Below the pieces are notes generated by a model that searched no databases, was not told where the DNA came from, and was given only the letters and a program-made list of their open reading frames with translations. Below are positions 18,709 through 26,307 of a stretch of 64,000 nt of DNA, piece by piece. Position 1 is the first letter of the stretch. Each line of letters begins with the position of its first letter. The DNA lies in NCBI GenBank assembly GCA_044225365.1, contig JBGAIQ010000014.1:1-64000 (forward strand), in the 5' to 3' direction. This DNA comes from Planctomycetota bacterium (GTDB lineage Bacteria > Planctomycetota > B15-G4 > JADJEK01). A program made the position numbers and the translations under genes.

Positions 18709-20463
18709 TCAGTTGCCGCCTTTTCCGTCCTTGCCGTCGCCACCACCCTGACCCGGCTTCTTCTTCTTCGGATCCGGCGGGCCATCGTTCTTGCCGCCCT
18801 TCGGGCCATTGTCGTTCTTACCGCCCTTTGGGCCGTTGTTGTCGCGATTGCCCGGTCCGTCGTTCTTTCCCTTCGGTCCATTGTCGTTACGACCACCGGG
18901 GCCGTTGTCGTTCTTGCCGCCCTTCGGGCCGTCGTTGTCCCGATTGCCCGGGCCGTCGTTCTTGCCCTTCGGGCCGTTGTCGTTGCGACCGCCGGGGCCA
19001 TTGTCGTTCTTGCCCTTCGGACCGTTGTCATTGCGGCCGCCCGGACCGTTGTCGTTCTTGCCGCCCTTCGGGCCGTTGTTGTCACGGTTGCCGTCGTTGC
19101 GGCCGCCGTCGTTGTCCCGATTGCCCGGGCCATCGTTCTTGCCCTTCGGACCGTTGTCGTTGCGACCGCCGGGGCCGTTGTCGTTCTTGCCGCCCTTCGG
19201 GCCATTGTTGTCGCGGTTGCCGTCGTTGCGACCGTTGTTGTCGCGATTGCCCGGGCCGTCGTTCTTGCCCTTCGGGCCGTTGTTGTCGCGGTTGCCGTTG
19301 TTGTCACGGTTCCCGTTCTTGCCATCGCCGTCGCGGTTGCCGTTGTTGTCACGGTTCCCGTTCTTGCCATCGCCGTCGTTTCGCGCGCGCTTGATCTCGT
19401 CGTCGCGCTTCTCGACGATTCGCTTGTAGTCGTCCTTGTTGCGGCCACTGCGCTCGGGCAACTGCGACTTCCACGCGGGGCGACCGTTGTTATTGCCCTT
19501 GTCGACGACACCGATCACTTCGGCGCGCTTCTTCGACCAGGCCTCGTTCTTGACCTTGATCTTGTCGGGGTTGCCGTTGAAGGACTCGCCGTGCTTGTGG
19601 TTCTTGCCGTCTTTGTAGACGATCTTGTTCTCGATATTGATGTCGATGTCGATGTCGACCTTCTTGCCGCCCTTGTAGTGCGGAGGATGACCCCAAGCCA
19701 CGTGGTGGTGATCCCAGTCACAGTGGATCTCATCGAACATCGCGTTGAACATCGCGCCCATCATCATCGCGGCGCCGAACTGCATCATCGATGCGGCGAC
19801 GACGCCCGGCGGGGGCGGCAGGAACACGACGTGGGGATCGTACATCGGGCAGAAGAACACGCCCGGCTGCGGCGGCTGGATGACGATCACCGGTCCTGCG
19901 ACCTCGACGACCATCTGCGGACCGCTCTGGAGATACCCATGCTGCCACGCGCGGGCGCGCAGCATCTGGACCGTGTTCATCAGCGCTTCGGCCTGAGTGA
20001 CGTAGCAGTGGCCGAGCTGTTCCGTCCACGCCATGCTTCCACTCATGAGGAAGAGGGCGTCCGGAACCTGCGCAACCGCGATCACGCTCGGTTCGAAATC
20101 CTGATTCTCGAGCGAATTCGGGGACGCGCCACGGTTCAGCATGTCGGCGGCCGCTGCGATGTCGCTGGGATAGAGCGACGCGGCGAGCACGTTGGCGAGT
20201 AGCTGGTCCGGATAGAGCGCGATCGGTCCGACGAGTTCTTCGAGATCCGGAGGCGGCAGGAGATTCTGCGGAGGAGGCGGGGGCGGGAGACTGGGGCCCG
20301 AGGACGGGGGACCCGAATTGTTGTACCCCGGATTCGAGGGCGGATTGACCACGACCACCGGTGGGGACGGCATCGGAGGATGTCCCGGCGGATGCGGCGC
20401 CTCGAAGAAGCACCCGTTGGAGGCGAGCAACGCGAGAGGAGCGAGGATCAGACGGGTTTTCAT
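18709..20463 (-). CDS. DUF3300-domain putative lipoprotein with G/N/D/K-rich repetitive tail
   Basis: LEELVGPIALYPDQLLANVLAASLYP is the DUF3300 signature. Possible lipobox LASNGC. The last ~220 aa are low-complexity repeats. Confidence 0.88.
   Translation of the reverse strand: MKTRLILAPLALLASNGCFFEAPHPPGHPPMPSPPVVVVNPPSNPGYNNSGPPSSGPSLPPPPPPQNLLPPPDLEELVGPIALYPDQLLANVLAASLYPSDIAAAADMLNRGASPNSLENQDFEPSVIAVAQVPDALFLMSGSMAWTEQLGHCYVTQAEALMNTVQMLRARAWQHGYLQSGPQMVVEVAGPVIVIQPPQPGVFFCPMYDPHVVFLPPPPGVVAASMMQFGAAMMMGAMFNAMFDEIHCDWDHHHVAWGHPPHYKGGKKVDIDIDINIENKIVYKDGKNHKHGESFNGNPDKIKVKNEAWSKKRAEVIGVVDKGNNNGRPAWKSQLPERSGRNKDDYKRIVEKRDDEIKRARNDGDGKNGNRDNNGNRDGDGKNGNRDNNGNRDNNGPKGKNDGPGNRDNNGRNDGNRDNNGPKGGKNDNGPGGRNDNGPKGKNDGPGNRDNDGGRNDGNRDNNGPKGGKNDNGPGGRNDNGPKGKNDNGPGGRNDNGPKGKNDGPGNRDNDGPKGGKNDNGPGGRNDNGPKGKNDGPGNRDNNGPKGGKNDNGPKGGKNDGPPDPKKKKPGQGGGDGKDGKGGN
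18720..19380 (-). repeat. Coding tandem repeats (NDNGPKG(G)K / NDGPGNRD / NDNGPGGR units)
   Basis: Recurrent gccgttgtcgttcttgccgcccttcgg-type units on the + strand. Confidence 0.9.
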
Positions 20464-20850
20464 GGTTCTACCTTGGAGCGGGTCTTCGCACCTTGAATTG
20501 GAGATGTTGGGAGAAGCACCCACAAGCAATTTCCAGCCCGGGGTCAAAAACCAAACCGAAGACCATTCCTATGACCAAGTTAGGCGAATCGCGCCGATTT
20601 CGCCGTTGTCTTGGAAGTCTGCCGAACACCAACTTTGTAAGACTTGCGGGCGCTTTCGTAGAAGAGTCGACTCGGGTTGGGGCGAACACGGGGGCGAACA
20701 AAGCCGGGCGGATCGACGACCCCTTGCCCCGTGCGGAGGAGAGTGGGAACGGCCGCAAGGTGCTCGTCGCAGTCTGCGCCCCAGCCTGCATTTGCTTCCG
20801 CGTTACCGCGGAAGGCGCGGAATAATGGCGAGAATCGAAGCGAGTTCCGT

Positions 20851-20869
20851 TACTTTGTTACGCAAAGTA
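20851..20869. promoter_or_regulatory. Operator-like inverted repeat TACTTTG-N5-CAAAGTA
   Basis: Perfect AT-rich 7-bp arms, 25 nt upstream of ATG 20895, in an otherwise GC-rich genome. Confidence 0.55.
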
Positions 20870-20894
20870 CTTCGCCATGACTGGGAGATGAACG

Positions 20895-21668
20895 ATGTGG
20901 CGCGACCTGATTCGGACGATCGACGGGGTACTCCGCGGACGCTTCACACGACGGGAGACGCTCTCGAGTGGACGCATCGATGTTCCCGGGGTGCCGATCG
21001 CATTGGCCTCGATCCTGCTCGGCTGCGCGTACGGCTGCTTCATGGGGCTGTTCGCCCTCTTCACTCCTGGCAAGCCCCACCATGCGATCGACCAGTTCCT
21101 CGCGACGGTCGTGAAGGTACCTCTGCTCTTCCTCCTGACGCTCGTCGTCACGTTCCCGTCGCTCTACGTCGTATCGGCCCTGTTCGATTCACGCCTCGAA
21201 TTCCGCGCGACGCTTCGCCTCCTCGTGATCGCCATCCTGGTGGATCTCGCCCTGCTCGCGAGCTTCGGCCCCGTGACCGGGTTCTTCACCCTCTCGACGA
21301 CGAGCTACCCGTTCATGGTGATCCTGAACGTCGTATTGTTCGGAGTCTCGGGTCTCGTCGGACTCGGTTTCCTGCGCCGCGCGCTCGACGGAGTCTTCGG
21401 CCGGGGCGCTCCGCCGTCATTGAACGATGAGACGTCGAACTCGGCCCTCGAGAATCCGCCCGAAGCCGGGCCGTCGAACCAAGGACCCCAGCCGGCGTCG
21501 CGCATCTTCACGATCTGGATCCTGATCTACGCCGTCGTCGGCGCGCAGATGGGCTGGATCCTGCGACCGTTCATCGGCAATCCCAATCTGCCGTTCCAGT
21601 TCTTCCGTCCGCGTGGATCGAACTTCTTCGAAGCCGTGATGAACGCGCTCCACCAGTTGACGCGCTGA
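20895..21668 (+). CDS. Five-TM membrane protein (Yip1-like), paralog A
   Basis: KVPLLFLLTLVVTFPSLYV; C-terminal IYAVVGAQMGWILRPFIGNP...FFRPRGSNFF. Confidence 0.82.
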   Translation: MWRDLIRTIDGVLRGRFTRRETLSSGRIDVPGVPIALASILLGCAYGCFMGLFALFTPGKPHHAIDQFLATVVKVPLLFLLTLVVTFPSLYVVSALFDSRLEFRATLRLLVIAILVDLALLASFGPVTGFFTLSTTSYPFMVILNVVLFGVSGLVGLGFLRRALDGVFGRGAPPSLNDETSNSALENPPEAGPSNQGPQPASRIFTIWILIYAVVGAQMGWILRPFIGNPNLPFQFFRPRGSNFFEAVMNALHQLTR

Positions 21669-21675
21669 GCACGAA

Positions 21676-22332
21676 GTGCGCTCGGTCCTCACGGAAGTCG
21701 ACGATCTCCTGCGCGCGAGCGGGCCCTATGGCTTCGCGACGCGGGGTGTACCCGTCCTTCGACTCCTCGCCGTCATCCTCATCGGAGGGTTCGTATACGG
21801 CGCGACGATGGGGTCGTATGCCGGGAGGCCGCTGCAGTCGCTGTATTCGGGCTTCAAGGTCCCCCTCCTGCTACTCGGCACCAGTGCGATCGTCCTGCCG
21901 AACTTCTTCGTCCTGAATACGCTGCTCGGACTCCGCGATGATTTCGCGGGCGCCTTGCGCGGAGTCTTCGCGGCCCAATCCGTCGTTGCGGTCACGCTCA
22001 CGGCGCTCGCCCCCGTCACGCTCGTCGGGTACGCGTCGGGCGTCGACTATGCGGGGGCCACGCGGCTCAACTTCGTGTGCTTCGGACTCGCGACGCTCGC
22101 CGGACACCTCGGCTGCGAGAAGTTCTATCGTCCGCTCGTGGAACGCGATCCCAGGCATCAGCTCGCTCGCTACGCGTGGACGGTGCTCTACGTGTTCGTC
22201 GGTGTCCAACTCGCGTGGGTGTTCCGTCCCTTCGTCGGGGATCCCAGGATGCCCACTGCGTTCTTCCGCGCGGATGCGTGGAGCAATGCCTACCTCGTCG
22301 TCTTCCACCAGGTGTTCGGGCTCGGCTACTGA
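21676..22332 (+). CDS. Five-TM membrane protein (Yip1-like), paralog B
   Basis: KVPLLLLGTSAIVLPNFFV; LYVFVGVQLAWVFRPFVGDP...FFRADAWSNAY. Starts 7 nt after paralog A. Confidence 0.82.
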   Translation: MRSVLTEVDDLLRASGPYGFATRGVPVLRLLAVILIGGFVYGATMGSYAGRPLQSLYSGFKVPLLLLGTSAIVLPNFFVLNTLLGLRDDFAGALRGVFAAQSVVAVTLTALAPVTLVGYASGVDYAGATRLNFVCFGLATLAGHLGCEKFYRPLVERDPRHQLARYAWTVLYVFVGVQLAWVFRPFVGDPRMPTAFFRADAWSNAYLVVFHQVFGLGY

Positions 22333-22399
22333 ATCGCGCGATGCAATGCGCGCGGGCGACGCCATTCGATGCGTCGCCCGCGATGTTCGATCGCTTCGC

Positions 22400-22876
22400 T
22401 CAGATCGCGAAGACGGCCTTGAACTTGGTGAACATCGCCGCGAGGGACTTCGCGAGCGAGAACGGTTCGGGATCGGGGTGCGGCGGGCCGCCGAGCGGAA
22501 TCGCAGCCTCCTTGGGCGGGAGCGGCTGCGGATTCAGCGCGACGTCGTCGAAGTGCCCCATGTATTCCATCGCGTAGGTCTTGGGCGGTAGAGGCTGGGG
22601 ATTGAGAGCGACCGCGTCGAGCGGATTCTTCGCGCCACCGATCGTCTTTCCGATCGACGTTCCGATGAGCGGACCGCTGAAGAGGGTTCCGAAGCTCTGC
22701 CACTTCGATGCGGCTTCCTTCGGCGGCAGGGGCTGCGGGTTGATCGCGCGGGGTCCGATCGGATCCTTGACGATTCCGACGAGCGCTTTCGGCGGCAGCG
22801 GTTGAGGATTGAGCGCGCGCGGACCGAGGAGGTCTTTCTTCGCGAACGCCGATTGGGCGAGGGTCTTGAGATTCAT
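22400..22876 (-). CDS. Small protein with four A(L/I)NPQPLPPK motifs
   Basis: AGGAG RBS before ATG 22876; 158 aa. The motif is conserved at peptide level while codons differ synonymously. Confidence 0.8.
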   Translation of the reverse strand: MNLKTLAQSAFAKKDLLGPRALNPQPLPPKALVGIVKDPIGPRAINPQPLPPKEAASKWQSFGTLFSGPLIGTSIGKTIGGAKNPLDAVALNPQPLPPKTYAMEYMGHFDDVALNPQPLPPKEAAIPLGGPPHPDPEPFSLAKSLAAMFTKFKAVFAI

Positions 22877-22953
22877 GGCTTGGCTCCTGGTTCGGAAGCC
22901 TGGTTCTCGGGTCGTGACGCTCGCCGTTGCAGCCTTTCCCGTTCCCCGCGAAT

Positions 22954-24570
22954 TCAACCGCGCTTCACGACGCGCATGCCGGTGAGATCGAAGCGCGCCG
23001 CGCCCTTCTTCGCGCGCAGTTCGACGACGAGTTCGACGAGCCGAGTCTCTTCGAGCACCTCGAACTCGACCTTCGTCGGTTGCCACGGCTTGCCTCCCAC
23101 TTGTCGCGGTGGACCTTCGGCGCCCGAAACGTGGATTCCCATCCCGCTCGCGGGATCATCCGGCAGCGCCTCGACGCCTTCGATCGCCGCAATCGCCTCG
23201 AAGGTGTACTTGCCCTTTGGCAACATCACCTTCTTCCGCCAAGACGCCACGCACGGTTCCTTGCCGCACACGATCTCGTAGACGCGTCGCCCCTTGAAAA
23301 CGGCCTGCTCGATCTTCGGATCGCCGGCCTCGCCATGCGCCGCGAACCCGGTGATGTGCGCCTGTGCCTTGGCGTCGAACGACAGCGTCTTCGGTTCGGG
23401 TCGCCGGATCTGGTCGCGCAGGTTCTTGTCGCGATCCTCGATCCGCGAGATCAACTCCTTCACGCGTTGCTCGTGCTCGCTCGCGAACTGCGGGTCCATT
23501 GCTTTCAAGATGGGTTCGAGCCGCTTCTGGACGGCGCGCGCCTTCTGGGTCGCGCGCTCCTTGAGGTGCAAGGTGAGCACGAGATCGGACAGCGTCTTGC
23601 GATAGCGTGCGCGCCATTCCGGATTGCGCATCACGGAATCAGCGACCAGCGCATTCGGATAGTCGAGGACCGAGAACTCGGGATCCTGGAAGACCTGATC
23701 CATGCCGTGCGCGAGAAAGTAGGCGCGATTCGTCGTCGGCTCGACGTAGAGGCGATAGTTGTTCGTGTTCTGCGCGTAGCCGTCCCAGTGCCCGATCACG
23801 AGTTCCATCGCGACGAAGGTGAGGAAGGCGTCGACATCGAGTCGCTGCTCGATCTTCTGCCAACGCGTGCTCGGATCCTGTTCACGGCAGGCCTCCGCGA
23901 TCGCCGCGAGGTCGCTCTTGTCGTCGACGCCCTTTCCGGTGTCCTTCTCGAGGCCGGCGTCGACCTCCTGGCAGAAACCACCGTCGTAGAGATTGCCCGT
24001 CGGCTTCTGGAAGAAGCGCGCGAGCAGTTGTCGATCGAAGCTCTCCTTCAAGACGTAGAGGCCGAGATCGCGACCGTTCAGCCAGACTCGTGCGTGCGTG
24101 ACGCGCGGAGTCGGCACGCCCGCGGCGCGCATCAGGTCGGAGCACAGATACTCGTCGAGATACGTGTCGTCCTGAACCGAGTTGTTGAGATGGAACTTCT
24201 TCAGATCGTGGAAGCGCAGCTTCTCGTCGAACTTGTCGACGTTGATCGTGAACGCCGGCTTGTCGTCGAGTTCGCGAAAGCTGCCCGCTGCACCCTTCAG
24301 TTTGAGCGCGACGTCCTTGTAGATCGTCTTGTCGTTCTCCTTGAGGGTCGCCTGCACGTAGGTTCGCGCGTCGTTCTTCAGCATCGCGGCTTGATCGTCC
24401 GCCAACTCGATCGCGATCCGCGGAATCTCGCCTTTCTCGAAGAAGGCGTCGCTCGCGTCCCTCGGGCGGTCCTTCGCGAACACGCTCGCTTGCGACGCCG
24501 CCTCCTTCTGCGCGAACGCGAGAGCCGGGACTGCGAGAACGGCGAAGAAGCAGACGCTGCGGAACTTCAC
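22954..24570 (-). CDS. CotH kinase-family secreted protein
   Basis: Signal peptide, LKLKGAAGSFR, KPAFTINVDKF, LNNSVQDDTY..E, GLYVLKE, WDGY..NTNNYRLY, HGMDQ. GTGA overlap with the upstream gene. Confidence 0.92.
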   Translation of the reverse strand: MKFRSVCFFAVLAVPALAFAQKEAASQASVFAKDRPRDASDAFFEKGEIPRIAIELADDQAAMLKNDARTYVQATLKENDKTIYKDVALKLKGAAGSFRELDDKPAFTINVDKFDEKLRFHDLKKFHLNNSVQDDTYLDEYLCSDLMRAAGVPTPRVTHARVWLNGRDLGLYVLKESFDRQLLARFFQKPTGNLYDGGFCQEVDAGLEKDTGKGVDDKSDLAAIAEACREQDPSTRWQKIEQRLDVDAFLTFVAMELVIGHWDGYAQNTNNYRLYVEPTTNRAYFLAHGMDQVFQDPEFSVLDYPNALVADSVMRNPEWRARYRKTLSDLVLTLHLKERATQKARAVQKRLEPILKAMDPQFASEHEQRVKELISRIEDRDKNLRDQIRRPEPKTLSFDAKAQAHITGFAAHGEAGDPKIEQAVFKGRRVYEIVCGKEPCVASWRKKVMLPKGKYTFEAIAAIEGVEALPDDPASGMGIHVSGAEGPPRQVGGKPWQPTKVEFEVLEETRLVELVVELRAKKGAARFDLTGMRVVKRG

Positions 24571-25259
24571 GGATGCGGCTCGATCTCGACGTGCTGGATG
24601 CCATCGAGCTTCATGAGATCGACGAGCACGGCGCCGGCGTCGTTCGGATCGCGGAGGTCGACGTCGTAGCGCGCCTCGATCGCCGTGCCTTGCTTGCTGG
24701 TCGCGATCGCGACGAGGGCGTGAGTCCGTGCGTGACGTTCGAGGCTCGCCTCGAGCAATGCGTCGGGATCGACGCCCAGCGCAACTCGCACGACGAGCCG
24801 ATGCGACGACGCGATCCTTCGACCTCCGCTGTTCTCGAGCGTCCGGGCGAGCGCGTACGCCACCACCGCCACGATCGGCGTCCCGATGGCGCAGACCATC
24901 ACCTCACCGGCACCCGCGGCCATTCCGGCAACGACGGCGAAGATGACGAAGGCCGTATCGCGCGTGTCCTCGACGATCGTCCGAAATCGCACGATCGAGA
25001 GCGCGCCGACGAGACCGAAGGCCCGAGCAACGCTGGAGCCGATCACGATCGCGGTCCACGCGACGAGGACGGTGAGCAGGACGAGCGTGGTGATGAACTC
25101 CGCGAGACGCGCACGCTCCTGTTGGCGCGCCGTGCGGTAGACGAAGGCCACGATGCCGCCGGCGACCAAGGCGAGCGCAAGGCGCGCCGCGATCGCACCG
25201 GATGCCAGTGCTCCAGCTTCTCCGCTTCCGCCGAAGAGACTCGTGAAATCCATCGTCAT
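24567..25259 (-). CDS. DUF4956-family membrane protein with C-terminal ACT-like domain
   Basis: IVIGSSVARAFGLVGALSIVRFRTIVEDTRDTAFVIFAVVAGMAAGAG. ATGA overlap with the VTC gene stop. Confidence 0.92.
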   Translation of the reverse strand: MTMDFTSLFGGSGEAGALASGAIAARLALALVAGGIVAFVYRTARQQERARLAEFITTLVLLTVLVAWTAIVIGSSVARAFGLVGALSIVRFRTIVEDTRDTAFVIFAVVAGMAAGAGEVMVCAIGTPIVAVVAYALARTLENSGGRRIASSHRLVVRVALGVDPDALLEASLERHARTHALVAIATSKQGTAIEARYDVDLRDPNDAGAVLVDLMKLDGIQHVEIEPHP

Positions 25260-26116
25260 CGCCGATTCGAGGGCGCGTCCTCGTCGAACCGTCCGAGGAG
25301 CCGTGACATCGTAGCGCGGTACTTCGACGCCGAGGACAGCACGAGACCAAAGTGTGCGATGAGATGCTTGAACATCGACGGCATCGAATCGTCGAACTTC
25401 AACTCGCAGATCGCCCGGCCGACGAAGGGTGCGACAGGGTCGCCCTCCGCGTCGAACGACCATTCCCGGGTTCGCTGTCCCATGACATTGCGATCGAGCG
25501 TGAGCCGAGACGGACGATTCGGATCGCGCGCAAAGAACGCAGTGCGCTCGTACGAGAGGACGCAGGTGGGCACGAGACCGAGGTCGCACACGGCCCGCTC
25601 GAAATCGTCGCGCGAGGCCGAACCCGACGCGACCTTCGCCGACATCGCGAGCCGGTTTCTCCAGCCCGCTTCGGCGCGCACGCGCAGTTTGCGTACGCGG
25701 TCGCGTCGCCGAAACTTCTCCTCGAGGAAGATGTGACCGCACGCGTCGTAGCGACGCACGCGGTGCTTCTTGTGCTGCATCGTCTCGCTGCGTGAGAAGA
25801 CCGCGAGGTCGTGCGTGTCGAGGTAGAGAGTCGTGGTGCGGTATCGGCCCGATCCCGGGGTCTCGCCGTGAGGGTCGACTTCGAGGTGTGCGCGCGCCCA
25901 TTCCTCGATCTGCGCAGCAACGCCCTCGGTGACGAGGAACTTCAACTCGAACGCCGAGGACGGCTCGTCGCTCGCGCTCCGCTCTCGCAGCGAGGGCGAA
26001 AGCGAAGCCGGCGAATGAGGCGCAAGAGGCGGCTGCAATGGAGGGAGTTCGCCGGCCTCATGGCTGGGCATGGGTCGCGCCTCGTCCGGTTCTGATCGCT
26101 CGCCGTCCGTCGTCAT
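25256..26116 (-). CDS. VTC-domain (polyphosphate polymerase-like, CYTH/TTM fold) protein
   Basis: FELKFLV, YRTTTLYLDT, KHRVRRY, FLEEK, YERTAF, RLTLDRNV, ICELKF, SKY. Start is 26116 or 26071. Confidence 0.9.
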   Translation of the reverse strand: MTTDGERSEPDEARPMPSHEAGELPPLQPPLAPHSPASLSPSLRERSASDEPSSAFELKFLVTEGVAAQIEEWARAHLEVDPHGETPGSGRYRTTTLYLDTHDLAVFSRSETMQHKKHRVRRYDACGHIFLEEKFRRRDRVRKLRVRAEAGWRNRLAMSAKVASGSASRDDFERAVCDLGLVPTCVLSYERTAFFARDPNRPSRLTLDRNVMGQRTREWSFDAEGDPVAPFVGRAICELKFDDSMPSMFKHLIAHFGLVLSSASKYRATMSRLLGRFDEDAPSNRR

Positions 26117-26307
26117 GGTGGGGCCATGCGGTCCTTTCGGCTCGAAAGGACCGCGCGAGTTAGAGGATCGCGTGGGAAAGGTAACGATTGCCGTCGCGAC
26201 TTCGATGCGAGAGCTGCAACTCCTCGAGATTCTCGAAACGGAGGCGGTCCCGGTTCGCACTCCATTGGAAGTTGCAAGGCAGGTCGAGACGTCGTGGAGT
26301 GATTGCC

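Noticed and set aside
18690-19511. Alternative-frame repetitive ORFs (Thr/Ala/Arg-rich, Pro/Leu-rich, Cys/Arg-rich) over the DUF3300 tail
   Set aside because: By-products of the stop-free tandem repeat. Only the DUF3300 frame is continuous with a recognisable domain.
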